Assembly: GCA_031835245.2 (NCBI GenBank)
Contig: JAVKOQ020000077.1
Location: 1-64,000, forward strand
Reading direction: 5' to 3'
Length of the DNA: 64,000 nucleotides
Source of the DNA: Balamuthia mandrillaris
Lineage: Eukaryota
Shown: in pieces, positions 12,105 to 25,103 of the stretch
How positions within the stretch are numbered: the stretch's first letter is position 1
Layout: every line of letters begins with the position of its first letter
Notes under the pieces: generated by a model
What the model was told of the DNA's origin: nothing
The model's input: only the letters and a program-made list of their open reading frames with translations
Database searches by the model: none
Program-made: the position numbers and the translations under genes

Positions 12105-13194
12105 ATGTCCCATCAGCAACAGCTCTCTGCCCCCCACCACTCAGGAGGAGGAGAAGAGATAAGGCTGCAGATAGATGCCGGGGATCCGTTCCGATTCCTG
12201 ACTGTTACTTCGAGAAATGTAACTGTACGAAAGTTGAGAGATCAGGTGGAGAGCGACTTTGCAGAACTTTATGGGAATCCCAAGTATGGCAAGCAGTTTC
12301 AAGCCAGCTTGCAAGTCCTCCGCCTTCAAGATTCACTCCACAATGACATGCCGGACCACCTTTTAGCTGGGGAGGTGCTCAAAGACAACGACAAGGTGTT
12401 CGTTGTCATAAAGAACCTTCACCTTCCTCCCCCCAATCCCGAAATACCAGAGACAAACCAACGTGCGCACGAATGCCTCCTCTCTTCCTCCTTTCCCTCA
12501 CTCGTTCTGGACTGGGGCTGCCCCTGCTAACTCCCTTCCATGGATCGCTCTTTGCCTAAAGGAACCTACGTATCACTGCAGGCAAACAATTCCAACACAA
12601 CACCCCCTAAGTTTATGCTGCCAAGCCCAACAACTGCTTCCCCTGCCCAAGACTCCAAAAAACGCAGTACGTGCGAGTTCATAACGTTGTCTTTCTGTTT
12701 AAGCGCTATAGTCTCACACCAGCGAATGGTATGGCGGTGGTGATGCAGGTCTTTTGGATCCCGCTCTGCCTCCGCTGGTTTCCCCAATGAAGAAACGGGC
12801 CTCCTCTCTGGGATTGGAGAGCCATGCCTCTTCTTCCCCGCCTCGCTCTAACCCCTTCCATCCAATGCCGGCGATGATGAGTGGGAGCGTACCTGGTGCT
12901 GTCACCGCAAGGGAGCTCTCCAACAACGGCATAGGAGGAGACCACTTGTATCCTCAGCATCGTCACTGTCACTATACTTCCTACCCTCACTCCCAATCAC
13001 TGTCAACTGCCGCTGCAATCGCCAGCATCACTGCTTCTGCTCCTATTCTGCCACCTTCCCTCTCCACACTCGCAAACTATTCAGCTATTGCAGCCGTCAG
13101 CACCACCACATCTGCTATCTCCTCCGCCCCTGCCTCTGCCTCTATTCCCACCACGACGGGAGCTTTGACGGCAGCTCCCACCAATACCACTTGA
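12105..13194 (+). CDS. Hypothetical protein with Net1/Dnt1 N-terminal-like (ubiquitin-like) domain and Ser/Pro/Thr-rich tail; spliced
   Basis: RFLTVTSRNVTVRKLRDQVESDFAELYG..VLRLQDSLHNDMPDHLLAGEVLKDNDKVFVV resembles the Cdc14-binding Net1/Dnt1 N-terminal domain. Probable introns ~12463-12581 and ~12671-12748. The 3' end is uncertain. Confidence 0.5.
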
Positions 13195-13542
13195 CGATAA
13201 TGATAGTTATAAGCCGCTTTCTTGCTGGCAGCCTGACCAGCGGAGCAGCCACACCTCAGCTGACTGTTTCCAGTGTTTTTTTTTTTTTTGTAGATTTTAA
13301 GTTATTTTGTACATTGCCATGAACCATACATAGATGTTGTATGACACTCTCTTCCTCAAGATCATGTCGTAGTAGTAGTGGTTGTTAGTTGCCCAGAAGA
13401 TGCTGTTGTTGCTTGCGACGGTTCTTGTGGTGGTTGTAGATTTTTCAACTGGAGGACGGCGGGCAGGGCTTGGTACTTCGTCAGCAATCCCCTGCATGCA
13501 ATCAGCAGTGAGAAGTTTGACCTTCAAAAACAATAACAACTA

Positions 13543-14244
13543 TCAAGCCAACTTCTCTCTATAATATTTGCACCCTACACTGGGCAGTGGAATGAACAAC
13601 CAAACAAACAAACAAACAAACAAACAAACAAACAAACAAACAAACAAACAAACAAACAAACAAACAAACAAACAAACAAACAAACCAAACAAAAAAACAA
13701 ACAAACAAACAAACAAACAAACAAACAAACAAACAAACAAACAAACAAACAAACAAACAAACAAACAAACAAACAAACAAACAAACAAACAAACAAACAA
13801 ACAAACAAACAAACAAACAAACAAACAAACAAACAAACAAACAAACAAACAAACAAACAAACAGTAAGTCAGACAGGGAGCGAGCACGTTTTTCGTTGCA
13901 GAATGTTTTGGCAGTGCTGGTACTTTGTGCGCTGTTGCTGCTCCGTCAAGTCAGAACCGGGTAGCTCTTCCAACAACCGATAGCATCTTTGAAACTGCAG
14001 GTTTAGCTGGTTGGTCTGCATTCACAGTTCAGCTTATTCAGTCAGACGGCAGTGGAAAACATAGGTTCACAGGACAAAAGAAGGGAGTGCTTACGGTCTT
14101 TATCACGTCCGTCTCGTTTCCTTCCCCGATTGCTTTGAGCGTATCCAATAACCGTGGTAAAATAAGTTCAAACTCGGGGGTCATGGCCTCGAAGTCTTCG
14201 GTGTGCTGTTGTGCATGATAGTTGGGATGGGACTGTTCTGTCAT
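13543..14244 (-). CDS. MED9: Mediator subunit Med9-like protein (3 exons, ~104 aa)
   Basis: Exons 14244-14095, 14015-13888 and 13579-13543 splice in frame to give FELILPRLLDTLKAI..QLNLQFQRCYRLLEELPGSDLTEQQQ..NILQRKTVGCKYYREKLA. This matches the Med9 LPG.D.S.EEQ coiled-coil pattern. Confidence 0.7.
13601..13863. repeat. (AAAC)n tetranucleotide microsatellite, ~260 bp, inside MED9 intron 2
   Basis: Near-perfect tandem AAAC with interruptions near 13685-13697. Confidence 0.98.
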
Positions 14245-14582
14245 TCTGTGTTCAGCAGCAGCAGGAGCTCCCCTCCCACGCCCAGCTTGCTTTGGTGCGC
14301 GCATTATTTCTCTTTGATCTTTGATCTATCGAGTTTTCATCAAATTTTCTTCAAGTCGCCGATTTTGCCTGGGGGTCAATCCTTTTTTTATTTATGGTGG
14401 GTGGTGGCTTGTTGTTGTTGCGCTAGGCACACCAAACTGCGCAACAAAAAAAAAGGGGGAAAGAAACACCACCCGCTCCCGCAGCTGCTCCAGTTAGTTC
14501 CACAGGTGCGTTTGTTCTTCTTCACCACCTACCGAGTGTAAAAACGGCAAATTTTTTACCGTCATCGTAAAAAAGTATCAGG

Positions 14583-15346
14583 ATGTTGAGACTGCCCGCA
14601 CAAAGGTTCGGCACAGCTGGTCTTGTTGTCGGCCGGAGCGCTTTTCGCTTCTCCTTGCGCAGTTCTAGGCTTTATGCCACTGGTGCTAGCTCTTCTACTC
14701 CCAGCACCCCAAATGCGCAAACTTCTCCCCAACAAGTTCCGAAAGAGGAGGAGCCTAGTATCAGAGATCGTGCGTCGACTTATCCTCTTTCTCTGCGTTT
14801 TCTCTCTGCTCCCCCTCTCATCTCTTTCCTTTTCTCTCCCGTCTCTCTCTCCTCCTCTCTGCGCTATTGCTATCTTGCCACAATGCTCACTATTTTTTTC
14901 TTTCAGTTTCTACCGCTGACAGCGACGAGCAATTTAACATAACGGCCTTTGAGGAAGCAGGCTTCGAGGAGGAGCTCGCTGGTCCAGATTTCCTCACAGG
15001 TCCTTTCGGTACTGCGGATAAACCCGTGGAAGTGGTTTCATGGTTCGACTCCAGAATTGTGGGATGCCTGGGTAAAACTTCACTCTGTTTGGTGTTAGTG
15101 GCTATGACTCCCTCGTTGACCACGATGTGATTGCGTTGTGCAGGTGGTCCGGGTGAGAAGGCTCACGACTTGTTGTGGCACGAAGTAAGGAAGACTCGAC
15201 CGACAGTATGCCTCGAGTGTGGTCAGTACTTTGCACTCAAAGAACATCCTTGGAAAAAGTATAGCCCGCCAGAGGAGCATCATGACGACGATGAGGACCT
15301 CGACGACTACCACGGAGACCACCAGCACGCAGAGCATAAGCATTGA
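14583..15346 (+). CDS. COX5B: Cytochrome c oxidase subunit 5B (yeast Cox4) precursor; spliced
   Basis: Arg/Ser-rich mitochondrial presequence. FGTADKPVEVVSWFDSRIVGCLG|GPGEKAHDLLWHEVRKTRPTVCLECGQYFALK carries the Zn ligands. Confidence 0.93.
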
Positions 15347-15457
15347 ACAAAGCGTACGAGCTGCTATCATAAAAGTTGAGTTGTGGGGAAGTAGGGCACG
15401 CCCAGCGCCCATGTTTTTATTCTGTTTTATTTTTTTTCGTACACTTTCATTATTGCA

Positions 15458-18400
15458 CTATTTGCTGTGGCTCTCTGGAGGAGGTCCTCGACCGTTGTCT
15501 TTTATTGCCTCCGCCTCACTTGCTTCCCGAGCAGTACTGCTGGTGGTGCGTTGTTTTTTTGTTCGTTCTTGGTCTCGTCCGAAAGGATCTGCGTTCGTGC
15601 CCTCCTCTTCATGGCCATGATAGCGCTCATGACGGTGGTGATGGTGACGGGTTTCATCTCGATGGTCCCTCCTGCTGCTGCCACTGCCGCTGCGGCTGGT
15701 TTGTTCTCTGTCGCTTCTGCGGGAGTGGTGATCCCTGTCGCTGCTGCCGCGTTCTGTGCTGTCCCGGTCGCTCGTGCTCCTTCTTTCGTGAGAGGGTGAG
15801 GGAGGACGGCCCCTCCCCCGCTGCGGTTCTCGGTAGCGATCGTGGTGGTCTCTGTCTCTGTCGGTGCTGCTCCTACGGGGGTGGTGATCCCTGTCGCTGC
15901 TGCCGCGTTCTGTACTGTCCCGGTCGTGATGAAGATGATGCTCCTCCTGTTGTTCCCAGTGGCGGTCGCGATGGTCGTCGCCATCTTGGCCTCTTCTCTC
16001 GGGATAGTGAGCATGGGCAGGGGGTCTTTCTTCAAAGCGCCGTTTTCTGCTACCGTGGGATGGCGGCGGTGTTGGTGAGGTTGATGTTCGTTGGGGGTGC
16101 AGAGGTTGGGGTTGGAATTGGGTTTGGGGCTGGGGATGCGCGGGAGGGGGACTTGGAGAGAAAAAGGAAGAGGCAGTTCTCTGAAAGAATGCAGCAGCGG
16201 CCTCTGCATTTTTGGCTTGGTTGCTGTTGTTAGTCGAACCGATGGTGGTGGAGGTTATCGGTGGGGGGTTGTTTTGGAGTGGGTGAGGGTTGCTCATATC
16301 GGAAGGAGCGAAAACAGCAGAAGAAGAATTTTTTACATGGCCCCAAACTGGTATGCTGGCGCCTACAGCAGAGAAGGAGGAGGGGGGATGATGAGAGTTT
16401 CTGTCATACATTTCCTTGCCTCTAACATCACGAGGAAGGTGACCACCGCCTCTTCCTCCACCAGCCCCTTGGTGACGATGACGCATCTGTTCCGTGCGTT
16501 GCTGATGCTGAAGAAACACACTGAGAGAGACTATTGTTTCGCCGGTATTTCGGTCAAAGTCATCCTTGGTGCCCACAGGGTTGTTGCCTCTGGCCCAACC
16601 CACTTTGATGGCCTTTCCTCCTAGAAACAGGCCGCGTTGCTCTGCCGCCTCTTTAGCGTTTTCAGCCGAGATACGCGACTCGAATGTTAAAAAAGCTGTA
16701 TTCTGGTCCGCCAACAGCTTCACAATACGGATCTTGCCAAAAGAACCAAATAGATGCGACAAATCTTCCTCGGTGGTACCCGGTGGAAGATGCCCTAAAA
16801 AACAAGTGGTGCTTTGCACTTTCGCCAGGTCTGGCCTTCCAGCCACCACGTTCTCCTCTTTCAGAACAAACTCGCCACCACTCCTGTTGGGGTTGAGGTT
16901 GCCTTGTTCGGCGTTAAATGGCTGGTACTGTTGTGGTGGTTGCTGCTGAGAATAGGGATGGACAGGCAATTGGGATGGCTGCGTTGGTGTATGACGGTGG
17001 GTCATTTCTAGGGAAGCCTTGGGCATAGCGTGGAATTGTTCATGTGATGAGGATGTGCCACTTGAAGGAACTGCCAGAGAAGAACTGATAGAAGGAGTTG
17101 GTATCGCAGAGTTGTTGTTGCCTTGGTCTTCTTGTTGAGTCAGTCGCATCTCCTGTTCCAACCGAAGCTTTTTTTGCTCAGCTATACGAGTCTCGTCATC
17201 CTCATCCTCGCCATAGTCAAATTGGGGTACCATAAAGCTCGAACCAAGGGTCGAATGCGAAGTAGCCACATTTGGTCCCATTTGAGCAGCGACTGCTGTG
17301 GCAGCGAGGAAAGAATTAACATCCAGTGGCGGTTGTGGGTGATGGTAGCTAGTGTTGGTTGGTTGTGGGAAGAAAATTGGTTGTGCTGATGGTTGGTAGT
17401 TTTGTCCAGAAACGAATCCAGCAGTGTCAGCAGTTGTATGTAGGGGTCCTTGGCCATTGGTGACTAAGCCTGTTGGAAAAGGTGAGGAGGAGAAGGGGGC
17501 AGAGGAAGAGGACATTGAAGATGAAGAAGAAGCAGTAGTAGAGGAAGAAGGTATAACATCAGCGGTGGCAAGTCGCGGATCTCGTCGGATGGGTTGGGAT
17601 GGTTGTTGATTAAAGAGTAATGATGGGATTTCGTTTTGCGGTTGATTGGGCGTGAACGAAGTCGGCTGATGGCTAAAAGGTAAGACTGTTGGTGTGGAGG
17701 GTGTTGCGGTGGTGCTGCTGGCAGTCGCGACAGAAGTGGCAGTAGGGTCTTGTTTATGCTTTTCTTTTGGGCTGGCAGCTTTCGCAGGAGGAGAGGGGCT
17801 GTCTGAGCGTTGCTGCTGCGGTTCTTCGAGTTCTGATTAAAAAAGACGGTTACAACCCTCTCTCTGGCCAGGGAGGAGCGCAGTTGGTTGAAAAGGGAGA
17901 ACAAACCTTGGTCCAAGAGCTCGGGGGCTTGACCGGTCTTCTCCAAAGATAGCTCTTTGAGGGCGCGTAGAGTAGACTCAGGGAATATATGGTTCTTTGC
18001 CCACAGAGAGATCACACGCACGACCTTTGGCTGTATTCAACGGCAACATTTGGCGAGATAGGCGTTGTTTGGCAAAAAAGAGTAAATGTAAGCACAATAC
18101 CAACATAAGGGGTGGCAAGAAAGAGCGAGAACGAACCTTGTCCTCTTCCACACACTGGAAAAAGGGAGCAAAAGAGCGAGGAAAGTGCTGGGGTCGGTGT
18201 ATTTGTATGGTGAGTTTGGAGGGAAGAGGGGTAGAAAAAACGGGGGAAATAATACATACCCGAGCGAAACGAGGAATATAAACATCCTTGTCCCCCAATT
18301 TGGAACGAGAGTAGCGGCAGATGGCATCAACGATGTAGAGAGAGGACAATCTATACTCTGGCCTGCACTGCAACACAAACTTTTCCACTGCGGACACCAC

Positions 18401-18529
18401 TTGTTTGTGGTGCTTGCGATACTGTACCGCCTCCTTGGCGATGGCATTGATACGCGAGGCAGAGATGGGGGGCTTACGGAACGTCAGCTCCACCAGCTTC
18501 TGCCGAAACTGTTGCTCTTCCTCCCACAT
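15458..18529 (-). CDS. CID + RRM protein (SCAF4/SCAF8/Nrd1/Seb1-like); spliced
   Basis: N-terminal CID KPPISASRINAIAKEA..YRLSSLYIVDAICR..VISLWAKNHIF. RRM STTCFLGHLPPG..AFLTFESRISAE..KAIKVGWARG. R/D/H/S-rich C-terminus. Confidence 0.88.
15725..15926. repeat. 46-bp direct repeat (15725-15770, 15881-15926) within the RS-like tail
   Basis: gtggtgatccctgtcgctgctgccgcgttctgt[g/a]ctgtcccggtcg occurs twice and encodes DRDSTERGSSDRDHH. Confidence 0.9.
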
Positions 18530-18849
18530 CCCCCTTTCTGCCTTTTCTCTCTTTGTTCTCTTTTTTTGGGGGGGTTGCCATGGTGACTCGAACCCAGGTC
18601 ATGAGCAGCACAGGCTGTGCAGGCCCCCATCGCCCGCATTCAAACAACGAAAACGAAAAAAGAGCGGGAAAAAAGACCGTTATTCTGTGTTGGCCCACCC
18701 CTCCCGCCCCTCCTCCTCCTCCTGTTGGCTCCCTTGTTTTGGGGTTTTTTTTTGTTTTGGCCATCGCTTCTCATAAAATAAGCAGACCGCTCATCATCAC
18801 CATCATCAGCAACAACAACAATAAGCAAAGAGCATATACTTGGCGAAAA

Positions 18850-19814
18850 ATGGTTTGGCCTTATTTTTCCCATTCCATGCATGCTCTTCAAACGCTGAAG
18901 GACTAACCACCACGTTCTTTTTAATGCTTTGTGGGCAGTCTTCAGAAAACCTGGCTCCTAGCGTGCTACGTAAAATAGCCACCGAGTTTCGTAAGCTGGT
19001 GACAGCCCCGCCAGAGGGCATCAAGTTGATTCCTAACGAATCCGACATTACAGACGTACAGGCCACCATCGAAGGACCAGGTGTGTATCTCCCCCTCCCC
19101 GTCCCAGTCTGCTTCGACGGCCCATTACCTACCGTTCCTTTACAACCTTTTGTCTGATTGTATGAGCTTTTTTCCATCACGGCTCTCCGTCGCTACCACC
19201 ACCTGGTTTCCAATAACCCTGTGTTCAAGCTGGCACACCCTACGAAGGCGGCTTTTTCAGGGTGCGGCTGAGTCTAGGACCTGAGTTTCCTCAAGTGCCC
19301 CCAAAGGGCTACTTCATGACCAAAATATTCCACCCCAACGTATCCAACAGCGGAGAAATTTGTGTCAATACCCTGAAGCGGGACTGGAAGGAGGACCTCG
19401 GCATTGGCCACATTCTCTTGGTACATATCCAACTCCCCATTCGTTCTCCTTTTCAATCACTCACCTCTCTCCGTGAAGATCGTCAAATGTTTGCTTATTA
19501 CCCCCAACCCCGAGTCTTCTCTGAATGAAGAGGCCGGTCGCTTGTTGCTGGAGGACTATGAGGCCTATGCCAAACATGCTCGCCTTATGACCAGCATACA
19601 TGCCAAACCAAAGAAGACCGCCGTTGCAGCCACAGAGGATGCTGCTGGTTGCTCTTCTTCTGATGCCTCTGCTTCCTCTACCTCTTCCGCTGCTGCCAAG
19701 AAACGACCGGCCAACAGAGCCACCTCCTCTGCCTCCTCCTCTGCTGCTGCAGCCTCCAAAAAGAAGGAAGACAAATCGGAGAAAAACAAGAAACGAAGCC
19801 TAAAGCGATTGTAA
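18850..19814 (+). CDS. UBE2S: Ubiquitin-conjugating enzyme E2 S; spliced
   Basis: ATG|intron|[76 protein letters not shown], ending in the diagnostic KKRSLKRL. Confidence 0.93.
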
Positions 19815-20353
19815 ATGTGTGGATTGTACTAACGACGTCTCCTCTGTGCCATGCCATGTGATGCTCATCCAACCCGAGTGGGTTAGGTTGGTGTCTGGTG
19901 TCCTCCACTCCACGGTGGGGATGGAAAGGATTTTTTGTTGGACAGGAATAAAGGAGGGAAGGTTAGGGCTAAAAGGATTAGGGTCATCTAACTGCCCTCC
20001 CCCCCCCGTTATTTATTCCCTTATTTAGAGCCCAAAACCAAAAAGAACGGCGGCGGCGGCGGCGGCAAGAACAGAGAGGGAAAAGCGCAACAACGAAAAC
20101 CCAACGTACTTGGGCCGCCCTGCATTTTTTTTTTTTGGCGGCGTGCGTTCGTTGCCGGTTTGTTGGTATTGGCGTGCGTTTGTGTGGGTGTAACAACCGT
20201 GGTTGAAAGCAACGCTCATTTCGCTGTGTTTTTTTTTTGTCTTTCTTCCACCCCTTTTTTCCTCCCCCCCCCCCTCCGCAGAGTTGGAGAGACAAATACG
20301 ACAGGCAGAGAGGAGACGACCGTTGTTACGTTGTTAGCGGAAGAAAGACACCC

Positions 20354-21782
20354 ATGTTGCAAAAAGCCAAGCACAAGGTTTCCAAAAGTAAGAGGCGGTT
20401 CATTCAAGATGGCTTTGACTTGGACCTTAGTTGTACGTACTTTTTTTCCCGTGCGAAACGAGGCTCGTTCACTTGGGGCTCAACCTCTCTATCTTTCTTT
20501 TCTCCTTCGCAGACATAAACGAAAACATAATGGCGATGGGTTTTCCCTCAGAGGGATCTGAGTCCATCTACCGTAACCCGATGACCGAAGTCCAAAGACT
20601 TTTGGAAACCAAGCACAAGGACTGTTACCGTGTTTGTATCGGTCAATATGAAGAAGCTCTCTACATTTATTGACAATCCCATTTCTCTTCAGGTTTATAA
20701 TCTTTGCTCGGAACGGTCCTACGACCACAAAAAGTTTCATGGGCGAGTGGCACGTTTTCCGTTTGATGACCACAATTGTCCCAATTTTGAAGACATTTGG
20801 AGATTTTGTGAGGACGTGCAGGACTGGATCTCACAGGACCCCAAAAACCTTGCTGTCATTCATTGCAAGGCAGGAAAGGTACTTTACTCTTGCTCCCTAT
20901 TCTCTTCCTTGTCATATACTTTTCTTGTCGCTCTCGTTTCTCTCTCCTCTTCTTCGCTGTGTTGTGTTGTCCTCATAGATTTCTGTTCTCTCTCTCTCTC
21001 TCTCTCTCTCTTTTCCTCTGGTGCTGTTAAGATTTATCTAACTATGTATGTTTTCTACCTGCGACACAAGGGAAGAACTGGCTTGATGATTTGTTGTTGG
21101 CTCATATTTAATAAAGACTGGGAAAGGGCAGAAGATGCAATGAAGTTCTATGCCGCCGCTCGAACGTACAATCAAAAGGTATCGTGACTATTCTCGTTAT
21201 GTTTTATACTACTCGCTTACTCAATCCTCTGCTGTACTACAAAGGGAGTGACCATTCCTAGTCAAATCCGTTACATTCACTATTTTGAGAAGCGCTGTAA
21301 AGACGGAGAACCCATCATCGAACCGGTATTCCTCTCTCGTGTAGTGTTGCACGGTTTGCCAAAGAACGTTCTCCCCGAAATTAAGTTCACCATTACTCTG
21401 TTTAAAGGATTGCGCCACACCCAACTTTTCGCCTACAAGGTTTGTTTTTTTGTTTGTATTTTTCTCGCTGCATGTGCCTAACTCTTCTGCTCCACAGCGA
21501 AAGCTGAAAGAACTACTACAAGAGAACAAAGAAAGGCAGAAACATGAGGACATAGAGCTGCAAGCTTCTGAATATTATGAAGATGACCCACCAGAAAAAC
21601 TTATACTGGACTGCAATGATACCCCACTCTGTGGTGATGTTAAGTTTGAATTTGTACGTATATCTATTTATTTCACTTTGATTTAATTTGGTTGCTAACT
21701 CACCCCTTTCTTTTATCTCTTGCATTTTTCGTTCATTCTGTTCTCCCCCTCCCTCCCTCCCTCCCTCTCGCGCGCGCTCTCT

Positions 21783-21819
<37 letters not shown>

Positions 21820-22107
21820 TCACAGGAAAAAATGATGCACTTTTGGATCAACACAGGCTTCATAGAAGGCAACAAGGTGGTACTCTCCCAACCCGAAATA
21901 GACAAAGCCCACAAAGACAAAAAGAACAAAGTGTACCCTCGTGGCTTTAAAGTAGTTCTCTACTTCAAAACGCAGCAGGAATTTTTGGGTCAGCAAGGTC
22001 TTGTAGGCCTTTCAGATAGCGATGACCTTCTTTTGCCTTTAAATGGCACCTCCAGTCTCTCTTTAAAGCGAACTGTAGAACTGTACCCTTCTCTCAAGAA
22101 CTTGTAG
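20354..22107 (+). CDS. PTEN: PTEN phosphoinositide 3-phosphatase (phosphatase + C2); spliced
   Basis: VSKSKRRFIQDGFDLDLS, IMAMGFPS, YNLCSERSYD, FPFDDHN, HCKAGK|GRTG, GVTIPSQIRY, GDVKFEF, MMHFWINTGF..EIDKAHKDKK. Confidence 0.95.
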
Positions 22108-22372
22108 TAACATCAACATTTCTCTCCCACACACTCTTTCTCTGCTTGTTTTTTATTCTTGCTCGTTTTGTTTCTTTTTCTCTTATGTGTTTTGTTTGGT
22201 CTTCATTCATTTCTTCTTTTTCTTCTTCTTGTTAGGGTTTAAGACAAAGAATCATCCGTAACAACAAAAAAAAAAGGGTTTATGTAAGAGCATTTTACAA
22301 AGGCAAACAAAAGAGTAGGGTCAAACAAAGGACCAGCGACCACAACAGCATCAACCGTCACAATCGCCTTGG

Positions 22373-23529
22373 TTATGCGCAAAGAAAGGGCGACTCTTGT
22401 GAGGCCGAGCTGCGGGTTGTGGCGGTTGACATAAGTGGTAGAGAAGGAAGGGTCCGCTGCAACAGGAGTAGAGTTTCAGCTCTGCGGGAAGAAGTCAGAA
22501 TGGTGTTTATCAACTCACTACACGCCATCACAAAGAACAGCAATTCTTGCCTGTGCACTGTCATTGTTCTGCTCATGGCCACCTGCCGAAGAAGAGGAAG
22601 TTTCTCCCGACCTCGCTGAATCTGGCAAAGAATGTGTTGCAGTTGTTGATGATGTGGGTGTTGGTGCTGTTGAGGGGGATGATGAGGTTGATACAGAAGA
22701 TAGTGATGATTTCTTTGTTGCAGGAGAGGAAATTTCAGCTGGCGGAAGGTGAAACGATGAAGGTGTTGTTTGCGAAAAAGAAGAAAACGCTGGCGAAGAG
22801 GAAGAGGAGCCAGGAGAGGAGGGGCTAGCACTCCGCAATGCGGCGAGCCTTTTTTCCTCGGCGTACAAGGCTTTTCTAAAGTGCTCGTGGCGGATACCAG
22901 GGGGCTTAGAAGCTGCAAAAGCGCGCAAAGCGGCATCAGCGGTCCAACCTAGATTTCTCATGAGGTAGTTACATATCATGTAGCCAGTTCTGTTGTAGCC
23001 ATACTGACAATGTACAGCTACGTAGTTATTTGGGTTGTTACTGAGATAGGAAGAGACAAGGTTGATGAACTCATCCACTGACTCAAGAGGAGGAATCACC
23101 TTGGCCACTGCACGTAGCTTTACATAGGTAAGCTCGATCGTTGGTGGCACGGTGTATTTCACCTCACTGTTTGATAAGTCTACTATTAACCCTATTATAT
23201 GAGGAGAAAGAGAGCGAGAAAAAGAACGAGAGGGAGGGAGCGGGAAAGAGAGAGAGCAAGGGAGAGAAGGTTCAGAAACCAACATTCAAAAAGCGGTTAG
23301 AAGGTGGCGAATGTTGGGGCAAGGTTAAGAGGAGGAGGAAGATGTTACCTATCACTATTCCATATTTTTCTTTGTACATATTTACAAGTCTCTCTGGTCC
23401 CATCCTGTGCTCAGGAGGTACCTCGTTATTAAATTGAGGGCCTAGCGGCGTTTTGATGGGAATAATTTTGCAGCCAGCAATCGGTTTGCCTATCCGGTAA
23501 CGAATCCATTTGTCAATGTGCCATGCCAT
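22373..23529 (-). CDS. Stand-alone cysteine-phosphatase-type RNA 5'-triphosphatase (DUSP11/capping-enzyme TPase-like); spliced, 3' end uncertain (22518 or 22373)
   Basis: DKWIRYRIGKPIAGCKIIPIKTPL, IGLIVDLSN, VAVHCQYGYNRTGYMICNYL, ALRAFAASKPPGI. No guanylyltransferase domain follows. Probable 5'UTR intron 23542-23735. Confidence 0.8.
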
Positions 23530-24373
23530 GTTATTGCTCTGCTACAAAGACGAAAAAAAAGGTTTCATCAGGCAAACAGCAACCCAACACAAAGAGGAAC
23601 GAGAAAAAGGACAAGGACCAAGATAAGGACTACTAAGAATAGAGAAGAGGAGAGAGCGAAGCCGAAAGAGGAAGACAAGAGATGACAAACGAGGAAGAGG
23701 GATGAAGTTGACAGGAAAGGAATGGGGAAACGTACTTGTGTTAAAAAGGGGATGAATGCAAAGAAAAGCTTTTTGTGAGGTAGGTTCGATTGCTTTGATA
23801 AATAGGCAAAATTTTTACCAACAAAAATCAAGGTAGAGGCAAGACAACAAAGGGATGCGTGATTGGTGGGAGATGGGTTTTGGTAGTTTGTATTTTTGTA
23901 CAGTAAGAACAAAAAAAGGGTTCTGGCTTACAACAACAACAACAACAACGAATAAAGTAAGGTGGAGAGAGGCCGCCGTTAGGGATGGTCACTCCTTTTT
24001 TTTTCCCACGAAACGCGCTCTTCTGTGTTCTGTCCTCTCTGTTTTTTTTTTGTGTTGTGTGCTGTTTGCTGCAGAGAAGAGTTAAACACAGAAGAGTTGG
24101 GGGAGGGGCAGAGAACGCCCCCTCAGGCCAACAAATTTTCTTTCAGGTGTCGACAAAATATTCCCCCACGAGGCGGTAGCTCTCCCCTTTTTGGGCCATC
24201 TTTTCCTTCATTCTTTCTTTCAGTTTTTTGCTTTTCGCTTCCATCTTCTTGTTCTTCTTGCTCTTACGAGGGTGGACGTTTTCAGCTACAGTGTATACTA
24301 GTATGCTATAGTCGTTACAAAGATGGTCTGGAGTTTGGTTCAGTTCAGAATGGTTGACCCCCCAGGAAGAACA

Positions 24374-25069
24374 TCAGAAAGCAGGAGGGGAGGCCTGATA
24401 GCTTAGCGCCATGGTAACGGTGACACGGACAGGGGAGTAGGTCTGGGAGACCGGCGTTTTGGTGGCCGTATGGCTGTAGTAGTACGGAGAAGAAGAGGAG
24501 GACTGTGGGGTGCCCTGCTGATGCACGGAGATGTTGCTGGACAGCAATTTGCCCACTTTTATGCCCATCATTTCGCCTTGTGCTTCTGCCTCCTCTCTAG
24601 CCTTGCGGTATAGCCCTTTCATCAATGATTCTGTACAGATCTGCTTCTTGTCCACATTGCACCGGTAGGTGGCCATTGGTGTGCCTGACCAGTTCCATTC
24701 CATTCATTTGGTTTGGTGAATGTACATTAGAAAGTGCTTCAAGAAAACGAAGGAAGGGAAAAATAGGTTACCAGATCCAATATAGCTATACGAATTGGAA
24801 GAGGCAACGGCAAGTGGAATGTATCCGTGCTCATGCAAATAATCAACTACAGCAGCCACCCTTTTAAGCGCTTGCACTACATCCTCTTCTGCATCGTGTT
24901 CCAGAGAATAAACAGGAGAAGTTCTTTTGCGGCTGTTTTGCTTGTTGTCCTTCTCATCTCTTATCGTCGTTATGTGGCTAATTTTGCCAGCTGGTCGTTT
25001 GCATGTGCGTAAAAGCTCTTCTTCTTCCTCGTCACGCAACAATGGTATTATCACTTGGAATTCCTTTAT

Positions 25070-25103
<34 letters not shown>

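Noticed and set aside
13543..13887. ORFs of FVCL/QTNK repeats
   Set aside because: These are translation artefacts of the (AAAC)n microsatellite. The unit is also not a convincing telomeric repeat, and it lies in an intron.
15376..16949. Long plus-strand Cys-rich ORFs (e.g. 15376-16233)
   Set aside because: These are antisense shadows of the low-complexity CID-RRM exon.
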